From: Bugula neritina
Lineage: Eukaryota > Animalia > Bryozoa
Assembly: GCA_964035545.1 (NCBI GenBank)
Contig: OZ037769.1
Location: 310,001-374,000, forward strand
Direction of reading: 5' to 3'
Length of the DNA stretch: 64,000 bases
The notes under the pieces were generated by a model. The model was not told the DNA's origin and did no database searches. It worked only from the letters and a program-made list of their open reading frames with translations. Position numbers and translations under genes: made by a program. Positions 1-15,500 of this stretch are shown piece by piece; positions within the stretch are counted from its first letter, which is position 1; each line of letters starts with the position of its first letter.

Positions 1-373
1 CCAAGTAGGTGAATACACTATCATCATGTGACCTTTGCTCTACAACTAGTGTCTATGGTGAAAATAAAAATAGCAAAATTTGTAATATTCAAAAAGGAAT
101 AAAGTGGATTAATTGTTTCAAAGCTACTCATGACATTGTTAGCTTGTCACCAGCCTCTTTCTGGTTCATTTTAGAGCCGTCTTACAGAATTTTATGCCGA
201 GATCAAATAGCTTTATGGAGCGTATAACTTGTATTGCCGTATGGCTCATTTTTCAAAGCTTGCCTAAAATTGTGTGTCAAGAATCATTGCAGGGGTCAAC
301 TGACAGTGTATTGACAATCAATAGCAGGTGTGTGAAGTTGTTTGTGTAATGACTCATTTGATGTCATCTGCAG

Positions 374-2072
374 ACAAAGAGAACCTGCTGGCACATGTCG
401 ATGCCATACCCAGTCCCAGAGTTATATCCACTCACTTGCAGTGGGATCACTTACCAGAAAAAGTTAGAAATGGAACAGTTAGAGTAAGTTGATCTGCAAA
501 CGTAGTGACTAAATATATGTTTTTCAATACTGATCATACAACTTTACACAACAATAAAAAACAAAGTAAGGAAAAACACAGTGAGGTTTAATAATGTCTA
601 TCAAAAACATGTGTCTAAATCATTTAGTCAAGTGTCTTGTCTTACAGCTACTCTGCTGTACGTATTGAGGGTACATAACTCCTATCTGAGATTCCTCCGA
701 TAATGATGACATATTTGTTATTGTTCATTGTGTGAAATATTGCTTAGGTCTTTCATTTTATCTTACTGTATTTTTATTTTGATGTTTTTAATTTTGTAGA
801 CTATCCATTGCCTGAGAAACCCCAAGGACGTGGTTTGTAGTGGTTTTCCATTTTTTAGGAAACTTGGAGTTATTCACCCTAACTTAACATGGAAAGAGTT
901 TTTCCAGCATTTCCTGGATGAAAACAGTGAGTATAATATTTAGCTGTGTTTCTAGTTATATATATATATATATACTTATAATATTTAGCTGTGTTTCTAG
1001 TTATATATATATATATATACTTATAATATTTAGCTGTGTTTCTAGTTATATATATACTTATAACATTTAGCTGTGTTTCTAGTTATACATATATACTTAT
1101 AATATTTAGCTGTGTTTCTAGTTATATATATATACTTATAATATTTAGCTGTGTTTCTAGTTATACATATATACTTATAATATTTAGCTGTGTTTCTAGT
1201 TATATATATATACTTATAATATTTAGCTGTGTTTCTAGTTATATATATATATATTTATAATATTTAGCTGTGTTTCTAGTTATACATGGGGGATATTTCC
1301 AATATGTCCGTCAATGGCATGCACACAGGCACCAGAAAAACCTGCTAAACTTGGAGTATGAAGATTTGAAGAAGGTGAGACACTTTTGTATTGTCAGTTT
1401 CTTTCACTCAGTCATGAAGTTAACTTGTTCAAGCTCTGTTAAAGATCTACACCCGTTAGGTTTAGTCATGAGAGTAAAAAGTAAGTCTGTATAATCTCTT
1501 TCATGTCAGCATAAAAGTTTTCAGTTATATTATTCTGTGAGAGAAAAATTTCAAGTCTTTTCAATTACCTGAGTCAGAAGGATACAATATTTTTATCAAA
1601 TATTTGAATTAAAAAATCTTTCTTAGAACCTGAGAGAAAACGTAGTCAAAATTGCTGAATTTCTGGGCCAAACTCTAACAGAAGAGCAGATCAAAAGAGT
1701 TGTGACTGAAAACACTTTTGAGAACAAAAAGAAGTCAGTTGGTTCAAAGCATCTGATATACAGAAAAGGTGAGTCGACTGTTGGCAGGTTTAGGAGTTCT
1801 CATCATTCAACCAATCACGTTGAGTATTAAACTCGTCTAATCACAGTAGCTGTTGGGTGTTGAACTCGTCCAATCACAGTAGCTGTTGGGTATTGAACTC
1901 GTCCAATCACAGTAGCTGTTGGGTATTGAACTCGTCCAATCACAGTAGCTGTTTTATAGGAAAGTCTGGAGGTTGGAGGTCAGAGTTGACAGTGGAACAG
2001 AATGAACTGATGGATGAGAAGATAAAATCAGAATTTGAAGACTTGGAAGAATTAAATTTACAATATGACTGA
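374..2072 (+). CDS. Cytosolic-type sulfotransferase, copy A (5' exons lie upstream of the window)
   Basis: GT-AG exons 374-483, 800-926, 1280-1374, 1627-1768 and 1960-2072 join in frame. Motifs: SPRVISTHL (catalytic His region), RNPKDVVCS (3'-PB), YEDLK, RKGKSGGW and LTVEQNE (dimerisation-like). Confidence 0.9.
927..1284 (+). repeat. Intron built almost entirely of ~37-45 bp repeats of the 3' splice site plus the first exon bases (9 acceptors)
   Basis: Unit TATAATATTTAGCTGTGTTTCTAG|TTATA(TA)n. Only the last AG (1278-1279) leads directly into coding IHGGYF. Confidence 0.9.
1820..1953. repeat. 33-bp intronic minisatellite (~4 copies) abutting the acceptor; ~3 copies in the paralog at ~20391-20492
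   Basis: Unit TTGAACTCGTCCAATCACAGTAGCTGTTGGGTA. Confidence 0.9.
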
Positions 2073-2272
2073 TTACCTACAGTTAGTAAAGTGACTGATT
2101 ACCTACAGTTAGTAAAGTAACTGATTACCTATAGTTAGTAAAGTAACTGATTACCTACAGTTAGTGAAGTAACTGATTACCTACAGTTAGTAAAGTGACT
2201 GATTACCTACAGTTAGTAAAGTGACTGATTACCTACAGTTAGTAAAGTAACTGATTACCTACAGTTAGTAAA
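2066..2272 (+). repeat. 26-bp repeat (~8 copies) beginning at the stop codon; ~2 copies in the paralog at ~20605-20660
   Basis: Unit GACTGATTACCTACAGTTAGTAAAGT contains the last codon GAC and the TGA stop. Confidence 0.9.
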
Positions 2273-2829
2273 GCATGTACTGTAGCTTTTTTATATGATC
2301 GACAAAATATGAAAATGTTTTTAAAAAGTTTATTTTTAGTAATTTTTCAACAAACACATAATTTATTTGTAAATTTTGCTTCTGCAAGTCTTTATGTTAT
2401 AATTGTCTCAGCAAGTTACATTCGTAATTCGATTAAAATTTTTAAAATTTAAATTTAAAGCTTGATTTTTTAATCTTTGCTGCAAATGGTAGCATAGAAG
2501 AAGCATGCTCATGTTGAATGGTGAGACTGTATTTTATCTTTAACCAACTCAAAGTCCACCTTGCTTTGTATGTAACTGTTTAGATAAACTGGTAGCCACT
2601 CACACAGATAGTTCTATATGATATAATCAGAACAAATGACTGAAATGGAATCGTCAATATGAAAACAGATGGCAGTTCTAATAACTACAGTCTGAACTCT
2701 GTGAACCATGAAACAGATTATTTGAGTTTCACATTCAATATCTAATGTATTTCATTATTACACGTGGCCACAACCCCCTATAGCGTGTCACGGCAGCCTG
2801 GTTATCTACACATCATACAGTATTAGAAT

Positions 2830-3208
2830 TATAGTAAATATCATCATATAGTATTATATAGTAAATATCATCATATAGTATTATATAGTAAATATTATCA
2901 TATAGTATTATATAGTAAATATCATCATATAGTATTATATAGTAAATATTATCATATAGTATTATATAGTAAATATCATCATATAGTATTATATAGTGAA
3001 TATTATCATATAGTATTATATAGTAAATATCATCATATAGTATTATATAGTAAATATTATCATATAGTATTATATAGTAAATATCATCATATAGTATTAT
3101 ATAGTAAATATTATCATATAGTATTATATAGTAAATTTCATCATATAGTATTATATAGTAAATATCATCATATAGTATTATATAGTAAATATCATCATAT
3201 AGTATTAT
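2830..3208. repeat. 27-bp intergenic minisatellite (~14 copies)
   Basis: Unit TATATAGTAAATATCATCATATAGTAT. It accounts for the spurious YDDIYYIIL ORF. Confidence 0.95.
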
Positions 3209-3411
3209 TTTGTCACTACTAAACACAGTCTGTAGTTAACTGAGCGTGACAAGGGTTTTTCTGAACAGTAAATGGGACAGCACTGACAGCTAGGATTGTG
3301 GGCCAACAGTACCATGTCCAACAAAAGAATTAAACTGGTAGGGCAATAACTGGGACAATCTCGTAGCTGATAAGATAGATTAGCTTCGAAATACCGGCTA
3401 GTGATTTGTTA

Positions 3412-3534
3412 CTAGTGAGGCTCAGCAAGTGCTAGTCAGGTTTAGCAGGTGCTAGTCAGGCTTAGCAGGTGCTAGTCAGGTTTAGCAGGTGCTAGTCAGG
3501 TTTAGCAGGTGCTAGTCAGGTTTAGCAGGTGCTG
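3412..3534. repeat. 20-bp minisatellite (~6 copies) just upstream of the copy B start codon
   Basis: Unit CTAGTCAGGTTTAGCAGGTG. Confidence 0.9.
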
Positions 3535-3555
3535 GTTGACAAGTGTAGCTGCAGA

Positions 3556-6500
3556 ATGAGCCTAGCAAACAATATTAAATTTGGTGTTATTCTGTTCCTC
3601 GCCAACTTCTTTACTCTGTATAGAAGGTTGAAAGTGCACCTGGGTAAGTATAGCTGTCTATGCTAGGCACTCTAGATTCTCAGACTACTGTAGTAACTGG
3701 TGTGTCAAGGTTACTGGTGCATAGGGGAGGGGGGAGGTCAACACGAGGCATCACATGCTATAACATAGTGTGGAACATGCTGCCTGAAACTATAGTGCTG
3801 TAGCAGGGAGTTCAAAGGTCAGAGTGAATTTTAACTTGCAACTATTTCAACATTTTTGTATTGAATTTTTACCTATCAATGCATTGACAATACAGCCTCG
3901 CCATTCTCTTCAACTCTCTACGCTCCTCCATCACCCCTCTTTACCCCCTCTCCACCCTTCTTCCAATTTCAACTTGATATTTATATTAGCATTTCTCGCT
4001 GAACTTAGAGTAGAAATATATTTTAAGATTATAAGATACTAGAATACTGTCATAATGCCAAGAGTAGCTTGTCCTCTCCATGCTTTCAGGGTTGTTGAGC
4101 AAAAAATATGGCATCATTGGTTACCATGACAACGGTAAGGGAATTCCTCTCTCAGACCTAGTCTCAACCGAATTACACAACGCTGCCTCAGAGTATGACA
4201 GCTTCAGGGATGATGACGTAGTCGTGGCTACATACGCCAAGTCAGGTACTAAGTTGAACTTGTGTAAGTCAAGTCAGGTACTAAGTTTAACTTGTGTACG
4301 TCAAGTCAGGTACTAAGTTGAACTTGTGTAAGTCAAGTCAGGTACTAAGTCTATTGCAAGGCATCTACATACAGGTCACTACTTTTGACTAAATAGTGTT
4401 TTCATATTGGACTTACCCAGTTCTTGGTTTGATCTGTAGGTTAAACTTTTTGAAGAATTTGCTTAGATGTTGTATAGATGTATTATAATATACACATATT
4501 ATGTGTAATATTTATGTCCTATATATATTATATAGACAGTATATAGATATTATGTAGATGGTCTATAGATATAATATAGATAATCTGCACATATTATATT
4601 ACATACTGTGTAGATGTTCTGTAGATATTATATTACATACTATGTAGATATTCTATAGATATTATATACATACTATGTAGATATTCTGTAGATATTATAT
4701 TACATACTGTGTAGATATTCTGTAGATATTATATTACATACTGTGTAGATGTTCTGTAGATATTATATTACATACTATGTAGATGTTCTGTAGATATTAT
4801 ATTACATGCTATGTAGATGTTCTGTAGATATTATATTACATACTATGTAGATATTCTGTAGATATTATATTACATACTGTGTAGATGTTCTGTAGATATT
4901 ACATTACATACTATGTAGATGTTCTATAGATATTATATTACATACTATGTAGATATTCTGTAGATATTATATACATACTATGTAGATGTTCTGTAGATAT
5001 TATATTACATACTATGTAGATGTTCTGTAGATATTATATTACATGCTATGTAGATATTCTGTAGATATTATATTACATACTATGTATATGTTCTGTAGAT
5101 ATTATATTACATACTATGTAGATATTCTGTAGATATTATATTACATACTATGTAGATGTTCTGTAGATATTATATTACATACTGTGTAGATATTCTGTAG
5201 ATATTATATACATACTATGTAGATGTTCTGTAGATATTATATTACATACTATGTAGATGTTCTGTAGATATTATATTACATACTATGTAGATGTTCTGTA
5301 GATATTATATTACATACTATGTAGATGTTCTGTAGATATTATATTACATACTGTGTAGATGTTCTGTAGATATTATATTACATACTGTGTAGATGTTCTG
5401 TAGATATTATATTACATACTATGTAGATGTTCTGTAGATATTATATTACATACTATGTAGATATTCTGTAGATATTATATTACATACTATGTAGATGTTC
5501 TGTAGATATTATATTACATACTATGTAGATATTCTGTAGATATTATATTACATACTATGTAGATGTTCTGTAGATATTATACTACATGCTATGTAGATAT
5601 TCTGTAGATATTATATTACATACTATGTAGATGTTCTGTAGATATTATATTACATACTGTGTAGATATTCTGTAGATATTATATTACATACTATGTAGAT
5701 GTTCTGTAGATATTATATTACATACTATGTAGATGTTCTGTAGATATTATATTACATACTATGTAGATGTTCTGTAGATATTATACTACATGCTATGTAG
5801 ATATTCTGTAGATATTATATTACATACTATGTAGATGTTCTGTAGATATTATATTACATACTGTGTAGATGTTCTGTAGATATTATATTACATACTATGT
5901 AGATGTTCTGTAGATATTATATTACATACTATGTAGATGTTCTATAGATATTATATACATACTATGTAGATATTCTGTAGATATTATATTACATACTATG
6001 TAGATATTCTGTAGATATTATATTACATACTATGTAGATATTCTGTAGATATTATATTACATACTATGTAGATGTTCTGTAGATATTATATTACATACTA
6101 TGTAGATATTCTGTAGATATTATATTACATACTATGTAGATGTTCTGTAGATATTATATTACATACTATGTAGATATTCTGTAGATATTATATTACATAC
6201 TATGTAGATGTTCTGTAGATATTATACTACATGCTATGTAGATATTCTGTAGATATTATATTACATACTATGTAGATGTTCTGTAGATATTATATTACAT
6301 ACTGTGTAGATGTTCTGTAGATATTATACTACATGCTATGTAGATATTCTGTAGATATTATATTACATACTATGTAGATGTTCTGTAGATATTATATTAC
6401 ATACTGTGTAGATATTCTGTAGATATTATATTACATACTATGTAGATGTTCTGTAGATATTATATTACATACTATGTAGATGTTCTGTAGATATTATATT

Positions 6501-9500
6501 ACATACTGTGTAGATGTTCTGTAGATATTATATTACATACTATGTAGATGTTCTGTAGATATTATATTACATACTATGTAGATGTTCTGTAGATATTATA
6601 TTACATGCTGTGTAGATATTCTGTAGATATTATATTACATACTATGTAGATGTTCTGTAGATATTATATTACATACTATGTAGATGTTCTGTAGATATTA
6701 TATACATACTATATAGATGTTCTGTAGATATTATATTACATACTGTGTAGATGTTCTGTAGATATTATATTACATACTATGTAGATATTCTGTAGATATT
6801 ATATTACATGCTATGTAGATATTCTGTAGATATTATATTACATACTATGTAGATGTTCTGTAGATATTACATTACATACTATGTAGATGTTCTGTAGATA
6901 TTACATTACATACTATGTAGATATTCTGTAGATATTATATTACATACTATGTAGATGTTCTGTAGATATTATATTACATACTATGTAGATATTCTGTAGA
7001 TATTATATTACATACTATGTAGATATTCTGTAGATATTATATTACATACTATGTAGATGTTCTGTAGATATTATATTACATACTATGTAGATGTTCTGTA
7101 GATATTATATTACATACTATGTAGATGTTCTGTAGATATTATATTACATACTATGTAGATGTTCTGTAGATATTATATTACATGCTATGTAGATATTCTG
7201 TAGATATTATATTACATACTATGTAGATGTTCTGTAGATATTATATTACATACTATGTAGATATTCTGTAGATATTATATTACATACTGTGTAGATGTTC
7301 TGTAGATATTATATTACATACTATGTAGATATTCTGTAGATATTATATTACATACTATGTAGATGTTCTGTAGATATTATATTACATACTATGTAGATGT
7401 TCTATAGATATTATATACATACTATGTAGATGTTCTGTAGATATTATATTACATACTGTGTAGATATTCTGTAGATATTATATTACATGCTATGTAGATG
7501 TTCTGTAGATATTATATTACATACTATGTAGATGTTCTGTAGATATTATATTACATACTGTGTAGATGTTCTGTAGATATTATATTACATACTGTGTATA
7601 TGTTCTATAGATATTATATACATACTATGTAGATGTTCTGTAGATATTATATTACATACTATGTAGATGTTCTGTAGATATTATATTACATACTATGTAG
7701 ATGTTCTGTAGATATTATATTACATACTATGTAGATGTTCTGTAGATATTACATTACATACTGTGTAGATGTTCTGTAGATATTATACTACATACTATAT
7801 AGATGTTCTGTAGATATTATATTACATACTATGTAGATGTTCTATAGATATTATATTACATACTATATAGATGTTCTGTAGATATTATATACATACTATG
7901 TAGATATTCTGTAGATATTACATTACATACTATGTAGATGTTCTGTAGATATTATATTTCATACTATGTAGATGTTCTGTAGATATTACATTACATACTA
8001 TGTAGATGTTCTGTAGATATTATATTACATACTATGTAGATGTTCTGTAGATATTATATTACATACTATGTAGATATTCTGTAGATATTATATTACATAC
8101 TATATAGATGTTCTGTAGATATTATATTACATGCTATGTAGATGTTCTGTAGATATTATATTACATACTATATAGATGTTCTGTAGATATTATATACATA
8201 CTATGTAGATATTCTGTAGATATTACATTACATACTATGTAGATGTTCTGTAGATATTATATTTCATACTATGTAGATGTTCTGTAGATATTACATTACA
8301 TACTATGTAGATGTTCTGTAGATATTATATTACATGCTATGTAGATGTTCTGTAGATATTACATTACATACTGTGTAGATGATCTGTAGATATTATATTA
8401 CATACTATGTAGATGTTCTGTAGATATTATATTACATACTATGTAGATGTTCTGTAGATATTATATTACATACTATGTAGATGTTCTGTAGATATTATAC
8501 TACATACTATATAGATGTTCTGTAGATATTATATTACATACTGTGTAGATGTTCTGTAGATATTATATTACATACTATGTAGATGTTCTGTAGATATTAT
8601 ATTACATACTATGTAGATGTTCTGTAGATATTATATTACATACTATGTAGATATTCTGTAGATATTATATTACATACTATATAGATGTTCTGTAGATATT
8701 ATATTACATACTATGTAGATGTTCTGTAGATATTATATTTCATACTATGTAGATGTTCTGTAGATATTACATTACATACTATGTAGATGTTCTGTAGATA
8801 TTATATTACATGCTATGTAGATGTTCTGTAGATATTACATTACATACTGTGTAGATGATCTGTAGATATTATATTACATACTATGTAGATATTCTGTAGA
8901 TATTATATTACATGCTATGTAGATGTTCTGTAGATATTATATTACATACTATGTAGATATTCTGTAGATATTATATTACATACTATATAGATGTTCTGTA
9001 GATATTATATTACATGCTGTGTAGATGTTCTGTAGATATTATATTACATACTATGTAGATGTTCTATAGATATTATATTACATACTGTGTAGATATTCTG
9101 TAGATATTATATTACATACTATGTAGATGTTCTGTAGATATTATATTACATGCTATGTAGATATTCTGTAGATATTATATTACATACTATGTAGATGTTC
9201 TGTAGATATTATATTACATACTGTGTAGATGTTCTGCAGATATTATATTACATACTATGTAGATGTTCTGTAGATATTATATTACATACTGTGTAGATGT
9301 TCTGTAGATATTATATTACATGCTGTGTAGATGTTCTGTAGATATTATATTACATGCTATGTAGATATTCTGTAGATATTATATTACATGCTGTGTAGAT
9401 GTTCTGTAGATATTATATTACATACTATATAGATGTTCTGTAGATATTATATTACATACTGTGTAGATGTTCTGTAGATATTATATTACATACTGTGTAG

Positions 9501-12500
9501 ATATTCTGTAGATATTATATTACATACTATGTAGATGTTCTGTAGATATTATATTACATACTGTGTAGATATTCTGTAGATATTGTATTACATACTGTGT
9601 AGATGTTCTGTAGATATTATATTACATACTGTGTAGATGTTCTGTAGATATTGTATTACATACTGTGTAGATGTTCTGTAGATATTATATTACATACTAT
9701 ATAGATGTTCTGTAGATATTATATTACATACTATGTAGATGTTCTGTAGATATTATATTACATACTATGTAGATGTTCTGTAGATATTATATTACATACT
9801 ATGTAGATGTTCTGTAGATATTACATTACATACTATGTAGATGTTCTGTAGATATTATATTACATACTGTGTAGATGTTCTGTAGATATTATATTACATA
9901 CTGTGTAGATATTCTGTAGATATTATATTACATGCTATGTAGATGTTCTGTAGATATTATACTACATACTATGTAGATGTTCTGTAGATATTATATTACA
10001 TACTATGTAGATGTTCTGTAGATATTATATTACATGCTGTGTAGATGTTCTGTAGATATTATATTACATACTATGTAGATATTCTGTAGATATTATATTA
10101 CATACTATGTAGATGTTCTGTAGATATTATACTACATACTATGTAGATGTTCTGTAGATATTATATTACATACTATGTAGATGTTCTGTAGATATTATAT
10201 TACATGCTGTGTAGATGTTCTGTAGATATTATATTACATACTATGTAGATATTCTGTAGATATTATATTACATGCTATGTAGATGTTCTGTAGATATTAT
10301 ATTACATACTATGTAGATGTTCTGTAGATATTATACTACATACTATGTAGATATTCTGTAGATATTATATACATACTGTGTAGATGTTCTGTAGATATTA
10401 TATTACATACTATGTAGATGTTCTGTAGATATTATATTACATACTATGTAGATGTTCTGTAGATATTATACTACATACTATGTAGATATTCTGTAGATAT
10501 TATATTACATGCTATGTAGATGTTCTGTAGATATTATATTACATACTATGTAGATGTTCTGTAGATATTATACTACATACTATGTAGATGTTCTGTAGAT
10601 ATTATATTACATACTGTGTAGATATTCTGTAGATATTATATTACATACTATGTAGATGTTCTATAGATATTATATTACATACTATGTAGATATTCTGTAG
10701 ATATTATATTACATACTGTGTAGATATTCTGTAGATATTATATTACATACTATGTAGATGTTCTGTAGATATTATATTACATACTATGTAGATGTTCTGT
10801 AGATATTATATTTCATACTATGTAGATGTTCTGTAGATATTATATTACATACTATGTAGATGTTCTGTAGATATTATATTACATACTATGTAGATGATCT
10901 GTAGATATTATATTACATGCTATGTAGATATTCTGTAGATATTATATTACATACTATGTAGATGTTCTGTAGATATTATATTACATACTGTGTAGATGTT
11001 CTGTAGATATTATATTACATACTATGTAGATATTCTGTAGATATTATATTACATACTATGTAGATATTCTGTAGATATTATATTACATACTATGTAGATA
11101 TTCTGTAGATATTATATTACATACTGTGTAGATGTTCTGTAGATATTATATTACATACTATGTAGATGATCTGTAGATATTATATTACATGCTATGTAGA
11201 TATTCTGTAGATATTATATTACATGCTATGTAGATGTTCTGTAGATATTATATTACATACTATGTAGATGATCTGTAGATATTATATTACATACTATGTA
11301 GATGTTCTATAGATATTATATACATACTATGTAGATGTTCTGTAGATATTATATTACATACTGTGTAGATGTTCTGTAGATATTATATTACATACTATGT
11401 AGATGTTCTGTAGATATTATATTACATACTATGTAGATGTTCTGTAGATATTATACTACATACTATGTAGATGTTCTGTAGATATTATATTACATACTAT
11501 GTAGATATTCTGTAGATATTACATTACATACTGTGTAGATGTTCTGTAGATATTATATTACATACTATGTAGATATTCTGTAGATATTATATTACATACT
11601 ATGTAGATGTTCTGTAGATATTATATTACATACTATGTAGATGTTCTGTAGATATTATATTACATACTATGTAGATGTTCTGTAGATATTATACTACATA
11701 CTATGTAGATATTCTGTAGATATTATATTACATGCTATGTAGATGTTCTGTAGATATTATATTACATACTATGTAGATGTTCTGTAGATATTATACTACA
11801 TACTATGTAGATGTTCTGTAGATATTATATTACATACTGTGTAGATATTCTGTAGATATTATATTACATACTATGTAGATGTTCTATAGATATTATATTA
11901 CATACTATGTAGATATTCTGTAGATATTATATTACATACTGTGTAGATATTCTGTAGATATTATATTACATACTATGTAGATGTTCTGTAGATATTATAT
12001 TACATACTATGTAGATGTTCTGTAGATATTATATTTCATACTATGTAGATGTTCTGTAGATATTATATTACATACTATGTAGATGTTCTGTAGATATTAT
12101 ATTACATACTATGTAGATGTTCTGTAGATATTATATTACATACTATGTAGATGTTCTGTAGATATTATATTACATACTATGTAGATGTTCTGTAGATATT
12201 ATATTACATACTATGTAGATGATCTGTAGATATTATATTACATGCTATGTAGATATTCTGTAGATATTATATTACATACTGTGTAGATATTCTGTAGATA
12301 TTATATTACATACTATGTAGATGTTCTGTAGATATTATACTACATGCTATGTAGATGTTCTGTAGATATTATATTACATACTATGTAGATATTCTGTAGA
12401 TATTATATTACATACTGTGTAGATGTTCTGTAGATATTATATTACATACTATGTAGATGATCTGTAGATATTATATTACATGCTATGTAGATATTCTGTA

Positions 12501-15500
12501 GATATTATATTACATACTATGTAGATGTTCTGTAGATATTATATTACATGCTATGTAGATATTCTGTAGATATTATACTACATACTATGTAGATGTTCTA
12601 TAGATATTATATTACATACTATGTAGATATTCTGTAGATATTACATTACATACTATGTAGATGATCTGTAGATATTATATTACATGCTATGTAGATATTC
12701 TGTAGATATTATATTACATACTATGTAGATGTTCTGTAGATATTATATTACATACTATGTAGATGTTCTGTAGATATTATATTACATACTATGTAGATGT
12801 TCTGTAGATATTATATTACATACTATGTAGATATTCTGTAGATATTATATTACATACTATGTAGATGTTCTGTAGATATTATATTACATACTATGTAGAT
12901 GTTCTGTAGATATTATATTACATACTATGTAGATGATCTGTAGATATTATATTACATGCTATGTAGATATTCTGTAGATATTATATTACATACTATGTAG
13001 ATGTTCTGTAGATATTATATTACATACTATGTAGATGTTCTGCAGATATTATATTACATACTATGTAGATGTTCTGTAGGTATTATATTACATACTATAT
13101 AGATATTCTGTAGATATTATATACATACTATATAGATATTCTGTAGATATTATATTACATGCTATGTAGATGTTCTGTAGATATTATATTACATACTGTG
13201 TAGATGTTCTGTAGATATTATATTACATACTATGTAGATATTCTGTAGATATTATATTACATACTATGTAGATGTTCTATAGATATTATATTACATACTG
13301 TGTAGATATTCTGTAGATATTATATTACATACTATGTAGATGTTCTGTAGATATTATATTACATGCTATGTAGATGTTCTGTAGATATTATATTACATAC
13401 TGTGTAGATATTCTGTAGATATTATATTACATACTATGTAGATATTCTGTAGATATTATATTACATACTGTGTAGATGTTCTGTAGATATTATATTACAT
13501 ACTATGTAGATGTTCTGTAGATATTATATTACATACTATGTAGATGTTCTGTAGATATTATATTACATACTATGTAGATATTCTGTAGATATTACATTAC
13601 ATACTATGTAGATGTTCTATAGATATTATATTACATACTATGTAGATGTTCTGTAGATATTATACTACATACTATGTAGATGTTCTGTAGATATTACATT
13701 ACATACTATGTAGATATTCTGTAGATATTATATTACATACTGTGTAGATGTTCTGTAGATATTACATTACATACTATGTAGATGTTCTATAGATATTATA
13801 TTACATACTATGTAGATATTCTGTAGATATTATATACATACTATGTAGATGTTCTGTAGATATTACATTACATACTATGTAGATGTTCTGTAGATATTAT
13901 ATTACATACTATGTAGATATTCTGTAGATATTATATACATACTATGTAGATGTTCTGTAGATATTACATTACATACTATGTAGATGTTCTGTAGATATTA
14001 TATTACATACTATGTAGATGTTCTGTAGATATTATATTACATACTATGTAGATATTCTGTAGATATTATATTACATACTATGTAGATGTTCTGTAGATAT
14101 TACATTACATACTATGTAGATGTTCTGTAGATATTATATTACATACTATGTATATGTTCTGTAGATATTATACTACATACTGTGTAGATGTTCTATAGAT
14201 ATTATATTACATACTATGTAGATGTTCTGTAGATATTATATTACATACTGTGTAGATGTTCTGTAGATATTATATTACATGCTGTGTAGATGTTCTGTAG
14301 ATATTATATTACATACTATGTAGATATTCTGTAGATATTATACTACATACTATGTAGATATTCTGTAGATATTACATTACATACTATGTAGATGTTCTGT
14401 AGATATTACATTACATACTGTGTAGATGTTCTGTAGATATTATATTACATACTATGTAGATGTTCTATAGATATTATATTACATACTATGTAGATGTTCT
14501 GTAGATATTATATTACATACTATGTAGATATTCTGTAGATATTATATTACATACTGTGTAGATGTTCTGTAGATATTACATTACATACTGTGTATATGTT
14601 CTGTAGATATTATATTACATACTATGTAGATGTTCTGTAGATATTATATTACATACTATGTAGATGTTCTGTAGATATTACATTACATACTATGTAGATG
14701 TTCTGTAGATATTACATTACATACTGTGTAGATGTTCTGTAGATATTATATTACATACTATGTAGATATTCTGTAGATATTATATTACATACTATGTAGA
14801 TGTTCTATAGATATTATATTACATGCTGTGTAGATGTTCTGTAGATATTATATTACATGCTATGTAGATGTTCTGTAGATATTATATTACATACTATGTA
14901 GATGTTCTGTAGATATTATATTACATACTATGTAGATGTTCTATAGATATTATATTACATACTATGTAGATATTCTGTAGATATTATATTACATACTATG
15001 TAGATGTTCTATAGATATTATATTACATACTATGTAGATGTTCTGTAGATATTATATTACATACTATGTAGATGTTCTGTAGATATTATATTACATACTA
15101 TGTAGATGTTCTATAGATATTATATACATACTATGTAGATGTTCTGTAGATATTACATTACATACTGTGTAGATGTTCTGTAGATATTATATTACATACT
15201 ATGTAGATATTCTGTAGATATTATATTACATACTATGTAGATGTTCTATAGATATTATATTACATACTATGTAGATATTCTGTAGATATTATATTACATA
15301 CTATGTAGATGTTCTATAGATATTATATTACATACTATGTAGATGTTCTGTAGATATTATATTACATACTATGTAGATGTTCTGTAGATATTATATTACA
15401 TACTATGTAGATGTTCTGTAGATATTATATTACATACTATGTAGATGTTCTGTAGATATTACATTACATACTATGTAGATGTTCTGTAGATATTACATTA

